Source: an uncultured bacterium (lineage in GTDB: Bacteria > Patescibacteriota > Patescibacteriia > Patescibacteriales > UBA12465). Taken from it: a stretch of DNA of 64,000 nucleotides. The stretch spans positions 2,679 to 66,678 of the forward strand of contig CAIQRY010000065.1 in the NCBI GenBank assembly GCA_903874345.1, given 5' to 3'. A program made the position numbers and the translations under genes. Shown piece by piece: positions 35,973 to 45,983 of this stretch (position 1 is the first letter of the stretch; each line of letters begins with the position of its first letter). A model generated the notes under the pieces. The model did no database searches, was not told the origin of the DNA, and saw nothing but the letters and a program-made list of their open reading frames with translations.

Positions 35973-36992
35973 TTATATTATCCTAACTTCCTCTTCTAAA
36001 TCAATCCCGAACTTTCTTTTCACAGCCGCCTTAACTTTTCGGCTTAAGGCGAGAACGTGTTTGGCTTCCGCCGCGCCGTGATTAACTAAAATCAAAGCTT
36101 GTTTAGCATACATGGAAACCGGTCCGATTTTTTTACCTTTAAAGCCGGCTTGTTCGATTAACCAGCCCGCCGGAATCTTTACTTTATTTTTTGTGGCCGG
36201 GAAATTCGGCAGTTGCGGATATTTCTTTAATAAATTTTTAAACTTAACCCTGCTAATTTCCGCATTCTTAAAAAAGGAGCCGGCGTTAGGCAGGAGTGCG
36301 GGGTTTGGTAATTTACTAGTCCGGATTTCTTGAATAGTTCGAATAACGTCGCGGCAGTAGGGCTCTTTAATCCCTTGTTCTAATAATTTCTCGCGAATCG
36401 ATCCGTAATCTAATTTAAAATCAGGCGTTGTTTTTAATTTAACGGTCACGGCGTAAATAAAATACTTATTTTTCAAGCGATGTTTAAAAACGCTGTCGCG
36501 ATAACCGAACTCGCAATCGCGGGCCGCAAAAATCTTTTCATGACCAGTCTTAAGATCAAGGGCTCGCAGATGATAAAAATAATCTTTGAGTTCGACGCCG
36601 TAAGCGCCAATATTTTGAATCGGCGCCGCGCCGACCGTGCCATAGATTAAAAATAAATTTTCTAAACCGTACAAATCCCGCTCGACCGTAAAATTAACGA
36701 AGCGCGACCAATTCTCTCCGGACTTCGCTTCTATGAGAGCATAGTCCTCATTTTTTTCAATCACTTCAATCCCCCGAATTTCATTTTTCAAAACCAAGCC
36801 ACGGATTTTCTTCGTAATCAGGATATTTGAACCGCCGCCTAAGATAACGAGTGGTTTCTTATTTAATTTTGACCAGGCGATTGCTTCTAGGACCTCTTCC
36901 CGGCTTTTGACTACAGCAAAAAACTCGGCCTGGGAGCCGATTTTGAAGGTTGTATAGGGCGCCAAGGCCACATTTTCCTGAATCTTCAGCAT
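35973..36992 (-). CDS. murB: UDP-N-acetylenolpyruvoylglucosamine reductase
   Basis: 339 aa; FAD-binding N-terminus APYTTFKIGSQAEFF, GGGSNIL, MurB C-terminal domain. Confidence 0.85.
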   Translation of the reverse strand: MLKIQENVALAPYTTFKIGSQAEFFAVVKSREEVLEAIAWSKLNKKPLVILGGGSNILITKKIRGLVLKNEIRGIEVIEKNEDYALIEAKSGENWSRFVNFTVERDLYGLENLFLIYGTVGAAPIQNIGAYGVELKDYFYHLRALDLKTGHEKIFAARDCEFGYRDSVFKHRLKNKYFIYAVTVKLKTTPDFKLDYGSIREKLLEQGIKEPYCRDVIRTIQEIRTSKLPNPALLPNAGSFFKNAEISRVKFKNLLKKYPQLPNFPATKNKVKIPAGWLIEQAGFKGKKIGPVSMYAKQALILVNHGAAEAKHVLALSRKVKAAVKRKFGIDLEEEVRII

Positions 36993-37096
36993 GGTTTAAT
37001 TATAGTAAATCAAACTGGATTAGTAAAATAAAAAAGCCCTGGAACGAATTCCAAGGCTCGAAAGCGATTCTAATAAACACTCATTATAAGTGCCTG

Positions 37097-37774
37097 CTAA
37101 TTTTGGTTCTTCATCAAGCGCACAGACAAGCAGACTGTGCTGGTATTATCCAATAAATGCCGCGGCGCAAAATACCAGATTGGGAAATCTAAGCCGATCG
37201 TAAAATAGTGCTTATTGCCGGTGTCTAAAATATCCCAACAGGAAATTAAGGAGCTACTCAGACCAGCATCTGACCAAATTCCGAAGCCGACTCCGGGCGC
37301 AAAGATGCTTGAGCCGATTTCCGGTCCTTTGGCGTAAAGGCCGCATTGCATTACCGGGTAACCATAGCGTTTTATATCTCCATTAGCCTTGAGGTCTGTA
37401 AATATCTTATGAATTTCCTCGGCTGTAGGCAAACGGCGGCCGGCTTTGGCGACTTCTCTTTTGGCGGCGGTGAGCGAGAACAGGAAATGATTTTCATATA
37501 CTCCCTGGCAGACTCCTTTACTTAAATAGATTTCAATATCGGTCGAATCCTTAGGATCGATTCGACAGAGAACGTTATAGAAAGCATTGACGCGGATGGT
37601 TGTCCAAACGCCGTCATTGAAGTTAACGTCTGAAGGAGCAAAATCCGACTGCTCGATATAGGGACAATAAGGAAAAACTTCTATCTGCTCTTTCTTCTGG
37701 CAGGAATAGAAAGTTAGAAGAACGCCAAAAAAGATAAAGAAAATAACTACTTTACCAACAAGCTTCATACTCAA
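37097..37774 (-). CDS. Hypothetical secreted/lipoprotein (possibly FISUMP-like domain)
   Basis: Signal peptide with Cys (LLTFYSC). The AKAGRRLPTAEEIHKIF segment resembles the GWRLPTxxEW core of Fibrobacter-type paralogous domain proteins; weak. Confidence 0.4.
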   Translation of the reverse strand: MSMKLVGKVVIFFIFFGVLLTFYSCQKKEQIEVFPYCPYIEQSDFAPSDVNFNDGVWTTIRVNAFYNVLCRIDPKDSTDIEIYLSKGVCQGVYENHFLFSLTAAKREVAKAGRRLPTAEEIHKIFTDLKANGDIKRYGYPVMQCGLYAKGPEIGSSIFAPGVGFGIWSDAGLSSSLISCWDILDTGNKHYFTIGLDFPIWYFAPRHLLDNTSTVCLSVRLMKNQN

Positions 37775-37837
37775 CTAGTTTTGTTAATGATCTGGTTTAT
37801 TTTGATGCCAACACTATAACATTAATTAAATAATTTG

Positions 37838-39595
37838 TCAATCTACCTCTCCCATGGATTGCAGTTTCAAAAGTTTGGCATATAAACCGCCTGAAAACTG
37901 GGATAATTCAGCGTGGCTCCCTTCTTCGGCGACTTGGCCGTTTTCAAGCACAATAATTTTATCCGCCTGCTTAATTGTACTTAAACGATGGGCGATAATA
38001 ATCGTTGTTCGATTCTGACTGATCTTACCGAGAGCGTTCTGAATTAATTTCTCGCTAGCGCTATCTAAGTTAGAAGTGGCTTCGTCAAAAATCAAAATCC
38101 GCGGATTAGCCAAAAGCGCGCGAGCAATCCCTAAACGCTGTCTTTGCCCACCCGATAATTTAATGCCCCGCTCGCCGACTAAAGTATCATAACCTTTATC
38201 CAAGCGTAAAATAAATTCTTCGGCGTTCGCTATTTTCGCCGCTTTTTCAATTTCCGCCAGGCTCGCCCCGGGTTTAGCATAAGCGATATTTTCTCTTACG
38301 CTCAAATCAAAAATCTCCACTTCCTGCGGCACAATGGCTAAAAATTTCCGAAAAGCATAAAGGTCATAATCTTTTAAATTCTTACCGTCCAATAAGACTT
38401 CTCCTTCCTGCGGGTCATAATGACGATAAATCAAACGCGCAATCGTGGTTTTGCCTCCCCCCGACGGGCCGACTAGAGCCGTAACCTGATTGGCGTTCAA
38501 TTTAAAATTCAAATTGCTCACCGCCGGACGTTTATTATCACCGTAAGAAAAAGATGTATCTCTAAATTCAATTTCACCTTTGATATCTTTGGGTTTGAAA
38601 CCGCGCGGTTTATTAACAATATCGGCCGGCGCATTAAATAAAGTCATCAGTCGACTCACACCTTCTCGGCCCTCTTCCATGCGATCATAAAAACGCGAAA
38701 TACGCGATAAGGATGAATAAGCTTTTTCACTCAGCGTAAAAGCAAAAATCAATGTACCAACCGTGAGGCCGTGACGATAAACCAAATAAACACCCAAGAA
38801 CAAAACGACCACGCGACCTAAATCAACAATAAAATTTCGGCCGAGACCAATTTTCATAATCCAGGCCCATTGTTTATTCTCATTATCCCGAACATGCCGC
38901 TTAACTTTATCGAATTCATTAAGCTCCCGCTTTTCCTGAACAAAAGATTGCACGGCGTTAATATTAATAATCGCCTGTCCCATTTTACCGGAAGCAGTTT
39001 CATAATCGCGATAAATTTGTTTACGCACGGGATAAATCTTTTTGTTCGCGAAATAAGTCACAACAATATAAAACGGCGCAAAAATTAAGAAGGATAAACC
39101 GATCAACCAATTCGCCCAAAAAAGAGCGACCAAGGTTACGGCGAGCTGGACCAAAGTCGGCAAGACTTCGAAAAAAACGTTACTGATGAATTCCGAAATT
39201 TTGTCGACACCGCGTTCGATTTTTATAATTTTGGCGCCGGTATTTTCTTTTTCATGATAACCGAGGCCCAGGAAGACTAATTTTTCCTGCGCTTTGACGC
39301 CTAAAAAATATTCGACTTCAACTAGTAATTTTAAAATCAAACGGTCGCTTAAATAACCGAGAAAAGAACTTGCTTGGCCGGAAGCCCAGTATAAAACTAC
39401 GAGCTTAATGATTAAAATTAAACTATCAATCGTAAAACCGCTCAAGCCGTCGATGAGTAGCTTTAAGATATACGGTAAAATCAAATCCAAAAATGCGGCC
39501 ACGACAATAATCGCCGTAATCTTCAAAAAGAAACGACGAAAAGGCGCGAGCAAGCGCCATAATTCGGTCCAAAAAGTTTTCCAGCTGTTATTCAT
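37838..39595 (-). CDS. ABC transporter, fused permease/ATP-binding exporter (MsbA-like)
   Basis: 585 aa; six N-terminal TM helices. Walker A GPSGGGKTT, signature LSGGQRQR, Walker B ILIFDEATS. Confidence 0.9.
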   Translation of the reverse strand: MNNSWKTFWTELWRLLAPFRRFFLKITAIIVVAAFLDLILPYILKLLIDGLSGFTIDSLILIIKLVVLYWASGQASSFLGYLSDRLILKLLVEVEYFLGVKAQEKLVFLGLGYHEKENTGAKIIKIERGVDKISEFISNVFFEVLPTLVQLAVTLVALFWANWLIGLSFLIFAPFYIVVTYFANKKIYPVRKQIYRDYETASGKMGQAIININAVQSFVQEKRELNEFDKVKRHVRDNENKQWAWIMKIGLGRNFIVDLGRVVVLFLGVYLVYRHGLTVGTLIFAFTLSEKAYSSLSRISRFYDRMEEGREGVSRLMTLFNAPADIVNKPRGFKPKDIKGEIEFRDTSFSYGDNKRPAVSNLNFKLNANQVTALVGPSGGGKTTIARLIYRHYDPQEGEVLLDGKNLKDYDLYAFRKFLAIVPQEVEIFDLSVRENIAYAKPGASLAEIEKAAKIANAEEFILRLDKGYDTLVGERGIKLSGGQRQRLGIARALLANPRILIFDEATSNLDSASEKLIQNALGKISQNRTTIIIAHRLSTIKQADKIIVLENGQVAEEGSHAELSQFSGGLYAKLLKLQSMGEVD

Positions 39596-39690
39596 ATTGT
39601 ATTAGCCAAACGCAAAAAAAGAGGTTCCACCCCTAATCTGCTTTAATAATATACGGATAAACCCGGATAATGTTACAGTTTTGTCTAATT

Positions 39691-41115
39691 TTAGAGCAAT
39701 TTTTCCGCGAGACGAAAAACGTCGCCGGCGCCCATTAAGAGAAGCAAGTCACCGGATTTTAAGGCCTTTTTTAGATAAGTCGCTACCTGGGGAATGGTCG
39801 CGATATTTTTAACCGATTGTTTAATTTGTTTTTTGTGGTTATAAGTATTAATCGCCTTAGCTAACTCAGCGCTCGAGACGCCTCCCTGCTTTTCGCGCGC
39901 CGAGCCATAAATATCTAAAATGATTAATTCATCGGCCGTCGCAAAACTAGAAACAAAATCTTTGAATAAAGCTTTCGTTCGAGTAAAGGTATGGGGATGA
40001 AAAACGACAATTAATTTTTTATTCTGATAATGGCCGCGCAGACCGTTTAGGGTCGCCTTTATTTCGGTCGGGTGATGTGCATAGTCATCGACAATCAAAG
40101 CGCCATGATAAGATCCGAGAACTTGCGCGCGACGTTCCGTTCCTTTAAAACCGGCTAACTGTTTTTTAATGACCGAAAGCGGCACTTTTAAAATACGCGC
40201 CGCCGCGATAACCGCCAAAGCGTTTAAAACATTATGCTCGCCCCAAAGACTGATTTTAAATTCGCCTAAATTTTTACCTTTGTGAATAACCGTAAAAAAC
40301 TGATCAGCGTTTTTAAGCTTTAAATTAAGGGCGTAGTAATCGGCGCCTCTTACTTCCTTCCCTTCTCGACCAGAAGTCATTAAATCATAACTAATAATTT
40401 TTCCGGAACAAACTTTTTTTATTTTGGCCGTGTTCGAATCGGAATTATTAATCACGAGCCAGCCCGCCCGCGGAATTTTTTTTACAAAATCACTGAAAAC
40501 TTTAGTATAAGCGGCCGGGGTCTTAAAAAAATCCGGATGATCATAATCAATATTATTTAAAACCACGCCCTGCGGTTTAAAATACTGCAACTTATTTTGA
40601 TATTCATCGACTTCGGCCACAAAATATTTGGATTCTCCGTGTAAACTACTGCCCTTAAATTGTGGCACGCGGGAACCGACTAAGACATTCGGGTTTTTTT
40701 TGGCCCGCCATAAAACATAACCCAGCCAAGCGGAAACCGTAGTTTTTCCATGACTGCCGCAAACCGCGACGCCATAATATTTATTAAAGACAGCCCCCAA
40801 GGCGGCGGCATAAGATAAAATACGAACATTTTTAAAACGGTCGGGGTTCACTTTAATAAAAGCGAGCTCGCTATTATTGTCCGGCGTATAAGCGCTCGAG
40901 TAAATAATTAAATCTAAATTAGTCGGAATATTTTTCGGACTAAAGGGCGAGAGGACTTTAATTTTGGTCGCGCCCAAAACTCGATCGGTCATAAAGACGT
41001 CTTTGATGTCCGAGCCGCTAACGGCGTGCCCGGCGCGACGTAAAAACTGCGCCAGCATGGTTAAGCCGACGCCTTTAATCCCAATTAAATAAATGTTTTG
41101 TTTTGGTTCTATCAT
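39691..41115 (-). CDS. murC: UDP-N-acetylmuramate--L-alanine ligase
   Basis: 474 aa; IGIKGVGLTMLA, Mur ligase P-loop VAVCGSHGKTTVSAWL, DDYAHHP. Confidence 0.88.
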   Translation of the reverse strand: MIEPKQNIYLIGIKGVGLTMLAQFLRRAGHAVSGSDIKDVFMTDRVLGATKIKVLSPFSPKNIPTNLDLIIYSSAYTPDNNSELAFIKVNPDRFKNVRILSYAAALGAVFNKYYGVAVCGSHGKTTVSAWLGYVLWRAKKNPNVLVGSRVPQFKGSSLHGESKYFVAEVDEYQNKLQYFKPQGVVLNNIDYDHPDFFKTPAAYTKVFSDFVKKIPRAGWLVINNSDSNTAKIKKVCSGKIISYDLMTSGREGKEVRGADYYALNLKLKNADQFFTVIHKGKNLGEFKISLWGEHNVLNALAVIAAARILKVPLSVIKKQLAGFKGTERRAQVLGSYHGALIVDDYAHHPTEIKATLNGLRGHYQNKKLIVVFHPHTFTRTKALFKDFVSSFATADELIILDIYGSAREKQGGVSSAELAKAINTYNHKKQIKQSVKNIATIPQVATYLKKALKSGDLLLLMGAGDVFRLAEKLL

Positions 41116-42230
41116 GATGCAAAATTAATCATTTCCCAAATCAGGGCCGCAATTTTTTCGGCGGCGCCCGGCTTCATCACTTTAGCCATTTTCGCCCCGA
41201 GCGTCTCGCGCTTCGCCTCGTCCGCGAGCAAATCCTTAACTGCGCTTGCTAATTTATCCGGCGTCAACTCTGTTTGGTTCAAAACCAGAGCCGCTTGCTG
41301 TTTCTCCCATAAAGCGGCGTTGTCTTCTTGATGCGAATGTGGAATCGGAATTAGAACAGCCGGTTTTCCTAAAAATGATAACTCCGACAAAGTCCCTAGC
41401 CCGCAACGGGAAATAACTAAATCTGCGGCCGCCATTAGACTTAAAACCTCATCATGCGGTAAAAATTCAAAGGCTTGATAAGCGGTTGCGGATCTATTTT
41501 TCAAAGCCGACGATTTGCCCTGCCCCGTCAGATGAATTAACTTACAAAAGGAATCATAATTTTCAATCTCGGGAAAAATTAATTCATTTAAAGCGGTTGC
41601 TCCTGTGCCGCCGCCAATTGCTATAACTAAGGGTTTATTTTTATTTTCTAAGACGTACGGTTTAACATTCAACTCCTTGACCGGATTTCCAGTCCAAACC
41701 GCTTTCGGCCCGTAATCAATTAAAGAGCTTTCAAAAGTAACGGTCACGGCTCGAGCAAAGGGCGCCATGAGTTTATTAGCTAGTCCGGGGCGCACATCCT
41801 GTTGATGAATTAGAATTGGAATTTTTTTAAGGCTGGCCGCCCAAACCAAGGGGACACTAACAAAACTGCCAGCGGAAATAATTAACTCGGGTTTAACTTT
41901 TCTTAATATTCTTAAAGATTCAAAAAATCCAACTAAACATTTAAAAATATCTAAAAAATTACGTAGCGAAAAATAACGCCGCCATTTACCGCTCGTTAGC
42001 GCGATAAAGGTAAAGGGTTTTATATTTGCGCCGAGCGCTTGATTAAAAGACGCCACCAATTCTTTTTCTGGCCCCTTTTTAGAACCAACAAAAAAAAGTT
42101 CCCAAGACATGTCCGGCGCTGTTTCTTTTAACAATTCTTCGGCCACCGCCAAAAGAGGCGTAACCGATCCGCCGGTCCCGCCGCCGGAAAACATAAGACG
42201 ATGATTTTGTTTTTTAGTTTCTTCGGCCAC
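41112..42230 (-). CDS. murG: Undecaprenyldiphospho-muramoylpentapeptide beta-N-acetylglucosaminyltransferase
   Basis: 372 aa; FSGGGTGGSVTPLLAVAEEL (G-loop 1), GT28 C-terminal domain. Overlaps the murC start by 4 nt. Confidence 0.88.
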   Translation of the reverse strand: MAEETKKQNHRLMFSGGGTGGSVTPLLAVAEELLKETAPDMSWELFFVGSKKGPEKELVASFNQALGANIKPFTFIALTSGKWRRYFSLRNFLDIFKCLVGFFESLRILRKVKPELIISAGSFVSVPLVWAASLKKIPILIHQQDVRPGLANKLMAPFARAVTVTFESSLIDYGPKAVWTGNPVKELNVKPYVLENKNKPLVIAIGGGTGATALNELIFPEIENYDSFCKLIHLTGQGKSSALKNRSATAYQAFEFLPHDEVLSLMAAADLVISRCGLGTLSELSFLGKPAVLIPIPHSHQEDNAALWEKQQAALVLNQTELTPDKLASAVKDLLADEAKRETLGAKMAKVMKPGAAEKIAALIWEMINFAS

Positions 42231-42235
42231 AATTA

Positions 42236-43393
42236 TTAATTATTAATTCTTGATTGTTTAGTGTGTTTACTGATATTAACTAAAATTCCCATGGCGAGCA
42301 AGTTAGACAAAGTCGCGGTGCCGCCGGCGGAAATAAAGGGGAGTGGCACGCCCGTCATCGGAATTAGATTAATCATGCCCCCAATATTTAAAAAAGTCTG
42401 AATTGCCAGCCAAGTCACGACCCCGACAGCGAGCATGCTGCCGTAAACATCGGGCGCGCCCCGGGCAATAAGCAGACCGCGATAGAATAAAAATAAATAT
42501 AAAAGAATTAAGAGCGAACTAACTAAAAAACCGGCTTCCTCGGCAATAACCGGAAAAATCGAATCACCCCAGACTTCCGGTAAATACATATATTTCTGGC
42601 GACTCTCGCCCAGACCGCGACCGAATAAACCGCCGGAACCAACCGCAATAAGCGACTGATTAAGCTGATAACAATGACTATCCGTATTAGAGTTCGGGTC
42701 TTTAAAACATTTCAAACGTTCGTTCTGATAAGAGGCCCGCAAGCTAACCACGGCAAAAATCGCAATAGCCGCTAAGAGAATAATTAAAGCCAAATGGGAA
42801 ATTTTCGCCCCGCCCGCAAAAAAGACGACCATGGCGGTTGCCGCAATAATCAGTAAAGTGCCAAGATCGGGTTGCGCCATAAGGAGCAGCGCGATGACGA
42901 ACAAAATTGCTAAAAACGGAATAACGCCGCTGGCTAAATCGCCAACCGTATGTCGCTTGGCTTCCAGCCAAGTCGCCAAATAAATTAAGAAGGCGATCTT
43001 AACTAATTCGGAAGGCTGAAAATTGAAACCAAAAATCACAATCCAGCGATTCGCTGTCCCGATTCCGGCGCGCAAGCCGGGGATAAAAACCGCGACCAAA
43101 AGAGCAATTGAAAAAAAGAGAAAAAAAATCGCCAATTTTTTCCAAATCTGGTAATTAATCCGAGAGACAATAAAAAAACCCGCCACGGCGACGGCCAGAC
43201 TGACGAGTTGTCGAATAAAATAATGATAAGTATTGCCAAAACGCGCGTAGGAGACGACCGACGAAGCGCTAAATAGCATAACCAGGCCAAATAGAATAAG
43301 AACAAAAATAGCCGTAACGAAACTTTTGTCCGCCTCATGTTCTCCGGTCTGCGCCGTAGTAAATAATTTTTTAATTTTCCGGCCAAGCTTCAT
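42236..43393 (-). CDS. ftsW: SEDS family peptidoglycan glycosyltransferase (FtsW/RodA)
   Basis: 385 aa polytopic; conserved SEDS loop (GESRQKYMYLPEVWGDSIFPVIAEEAGF). Located between mraY and murG. Confidence 0.85.
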   Translation of the reverse strand: MKLGRKIKKLFTTAQTGEHEADKSFVTAIFVLILFGLVMLFSASSVVSYARFGNTYHYFIRQLVSLAVAVAGFFIVSRINYQIWKKLAIFFLFFSIALLVAVFIPGLRAGIGTANRWIVIFGFNFQPSELVKIAFLIYLATWLEAKRHTVGDLASGVIPFLAILFVIALLLMAQPDLGTLLIIAATAMVVFFAGGAKISHLALIILLAAIAIFAVVSLRASYQNERLKCFKDPNSNTDSHCYQLNQSLIAVGSGGLFGRGLGESRQKYMYLPEVWGDSIFPVIAEEAGFLVSSLLILLYLFLFYRGLLIARGAPDVYGSMLAVGVVTWLAIQTFLNIGGMINLIPMTGVPLPFISAGGTATLSNLLAMGILVNISKHTKQSRINN

Positions 43394-43395
43394 AA

Positions 43396-44445
43396 TTAAA
43401 GTTTCTTATCGAGCAAGAAAATAATTAGTCCCATAGCCACGCCGATGCCGGCCACCACCCAAAAACGCATGACAATTTTTGCCTCGGGCCAACCGACCGC
43501 CTGGAAATGATTATGAATGGGCGATGATAAAAAAACTTTTTTATGACGGAAGCGTTTAGACAAAACCTGAATAATAACCGAGAGGGATTCGATTAAAAAG
43601 ACACAACCAATAAACAATAATAAAATTGAGCTATTGGTTAACATGGCAATAACCGCGAGCGTTATGCCTAGGCTCATGGCACCGGTATCACCTAAATAAA
43701 AGCGGGCCGGCGGAATATTAAACCAGAGAAAGGCAGATAAAGCCCCAATAATCACGCCGCAAAAAGTCGCTAGTTCATAACGACCTAAGACGAAAGAGAT
43801 AACGCTAAACGCGGCGAAGGAAATAAGTAAGGTCCCTGGCGCTAAGCCGTCTAATCCATCGGTTTCGTTTACGGAAAAAGAAGTGGCGACCAGAATAAAA
43901 ATGAAAATTGGAATATACCAGGCGCCGATTTCAAAATTACCAAGAAAAGGCACATGAAAAACGGTCCAATCTAATTTAAAATAAAACCAAAGGGCGCCGA
44001 CTAAAGCAATTAGCGTATAAATCAACAAACGATGACGGACTTTTAGTCCGCCCCCGCCAAAAACACCCTTCCCGCGTACATCAAGGTAATCATCCAGCAA
44101 ACCAATTAGTGCCGTGGCAATTAAAGCACCTAGCGGCAACAAGGTTTCGCTACGAGACCAGAAATTCAAATGTTTAATAATCCCAAAAGGTAAATACTGC
44201 GCTAAAAGATAAGAGACGATCATGAAAATCAAAACCGTGCCCCAAATTAAAACACCGCCCATGGTTGGCGTGCCTTCTTTGTGCGCATGTAGCTGACTAA
44301 AAATTGGCGTCGCGCCGTTATTTCTAATTTTCTTGCCTAATTTGTATTTATAGAGAAAATGCGTCCAGAGCGGCGTCACTAAAATCGTAAAAATAAAAGC
44401 CAGCGTGGTCAGAAAAAGGATTTTGATAATATAAAAATCAACCAT
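43396..44445 (-). CDS. mraY: Phospho-N-acetylmuramoyl-pentapeptide transferase
   Basis: 349 aa; LLDDYLDV, NETDGLDGLA motifs of MraY. Confidence 0.9.
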   Translation of the reverse strand: MVDFYIIKILFLTTLAFIFTILVTPLWTHFLYKYKLGKKIRNNGATPIFSQLHAHKEGTPTMGGVLIWGTVLIFMIVSYLLAQYLPFGIIKHLNFWSRSETLLPLGALIATALIGLLDDYLDVRGKGVFGGGGLKVRHRLLIYTLIALVGALWFYFKLDWTVFHVPFLGNFEIGAWYIPIFIFILVATSFSVNETDGLDGLAPGTLLISFAAFSVISFVLGRYELATFCGVIIGALSAFLWFNIPPARFYLGDTGAMSLGITLAVIAMLTNSSILLLFIGCVFLIESLSVIIQVLSKRFRHKKVFLSSPIHNHFQAVGWPEAKIVMRFWVVAGIGVAMGLIIFLLDKKL

Positions 44446-44455
44446 AGAGGATGAA

Positions 44456-44869
44456 TTAAAAAAAGTTTATTAAGAAAATAGACATTAGAACTAAACTTAA
44501 AAATAAACCAAAAACCGCGGCGGCGCCTAAGAGAAGATGGGTAATAACCTTAAAGTCCGCTTGGCGATAAAAGAAGGAGGACAAAATCAAGGCGACAAAA
44601 CAAGCGACTAAGCCAAAAATCGGATACAAGAAAATACGACTCGGGTCGCCGACTAAATCTACTCCAAAATCGACATTATAATGCAAAACTAGGAGATCGC
44701 CGGTTAAATTATGAAAAATTAACCAGGCTTGCAACCAGGCTAAAATCTGCCAAAAAAGCAAAATCGGCAGATAGACACGGGTCGGATAAAAACTCCAAAC
44801 AGCCAAAAAAGCCGCGCCTATTTCCTGCCCCCGGGTATGGAGACGTGCGTAGAAATTAGAGTAAGCCAT
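44456..44869 (-). CDS. Hypothetical membrane protein
   Basis: 137 aa, four hydrophobic segments, no recognisable motif. Confidence 0.45.
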   Translation of the reverse strand: MAYSNFYARLHTRGQEIGAAFLAVWSFYPTRVYLPILLFWQILAWLQAWLIFHNLTGDLLVLHYNVDFGVDLVGDPSRIFLYPIFGLVACFVALILSSFFYRQADFKVITHLLLGAAAVFGLFLSLVLMSIFLINFF

Positions 44870-44939
44870 AAAATATTAGTGATATTATCATTTTATCACA
44901 TTTTAACATAATGCCAAACAATGCTATAATAAGAGTATT

Positions 44940-45983
44940 ATGAGTCATAAAATCATTAGTCAACTCTTTCGATTAGCCAAACAGGAGGGGGCACACGGCC
45001 TCGTAATTGAGAGCGGCCTTGACCATTTAGCCCTCGATTATCATTTTCCGGATGGCGCTAAAAAAAGCTTTGCTCTACCCAAGAAATTAGAAAAAGAACT
45101 TTTGGATAGCTTGCGCCAATTGATTAAAGTCGCACCCGGCGAATTGGCTGCTAAAAAATACTGTAAAATTAACGACAAAACCCATGGGGCGGCTTTTTAT
45201 GTTACTATTCTGTCTGGCACTTACGGCGAAAAAATAATAATTAATCTGGTTGAGAAAAAACCGCGCTTGTGGTATTTAAAACAACTGGGCTGTTCGCAAG
45301 CGATTTTAAAAAATCTAAGCACCGGGCTAAAAATGCGGTCGGGTCTAATTTTAGTTAGCGGCCCGGCCTTAAGCGGTAAAAGCGCGACTCTTTATTCCTG
45401 CCTTAAAGAAGTTAACACCCATGATAAAAATATTTACCTTCTCGATGAACGCCCGGAAGAAGTTATTAGCGGCGTTAATATCCTAAATCCGACAAGCGCC
45501 AATTGGGATAAAATTCTCCAACACGATTGTGAGGTCATTGCGGTTGGCGATCTTGATCAAGACGAAAACTTAGAATACGCTGTCCGCGCCGCGGCGACCG
45601 GCCGCCTAGTCTTAGGCGCGATTACGGCGGATAATGTCTGGGCCACTTTTCAGAAAATACTCGCTCTTCCCCTCCCCTTGTCATTAAAGCTCGATAGTCT
45701 TAAGATAATGACGAGCCAGCGTCTGGCTAAAATGAAACGCCAGCCGCGCCCCCGCGCCAAAAACCAACGCCAATTTATCGCTCTCTTTGAACTCTTGAAA
45801 TTAACGCCGACGCTCAAAAAATTCATTTTAGACCACGCGGACGCCTTAGAAACCCGATCCTCAAAAATTACCGATCGCTTTTGGAAGCAACTTGCGACTC
45901 TGGCCGTTAAAGAGGGCTTTGTTCCGCTCACGGCTGAACTGAAGCGCCGCCGCCAGGAAGGAATTCTAAGGGACGCTAATTGA
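44940..45983 (+). CDS. GspE/PilT/ComGA-family secretion ATPase homolog with degenerate catalytic motifs
   Basis: 347 aa; N2-domain end YGEKIIINLV, intact Walker A LILVSGPALSGKSAT. The Asp box/Walker B reads VIAVGDLDQDENL where PilT has VGEMRDLET (Glu to Asp), and the His box reads RLVLGAITA where PilT has HLVFGTLHT (both His lost). Confidence 0.65.
   Translation: MSHKIISQLFRLAKQEGAHGLVIESGLDHLALDYHFPDGAKKSFALPKKLEKELLDSLRQLIKVAPGELAAKKYCKINDKTHGAAFYVTILSGTYGEKIIINLVEKKPRLWYLKQLGCSQAILKNLSTGLKMRSGLILVSGPALSGKSATLYSCLKEVNTHDKNIYLLDERPEEVISGVNILNPTSANWDKILQHDCEVIAVGDLDQDENLEYAVRAAATGRLVLGAITADNVWATFQKILALPLPLSLKLDSLKIMTSQRLAKMKRQPRPRAKNQRQFIALFELLKLTPTLKKFILDHADALETRSSKITDRFWKQLATLAVKEGFVPLTAELKRRRQEGILRDAN

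Noticed and set aside
42744-43386. 75 and 116 aa minus-strand ORFs inside ftsW
   Set aside because: Alternative frames of the hydrophobic, codon-biased ftsW gene; no independent start or RBS context, and the SEDS homology accounts for the DNA.
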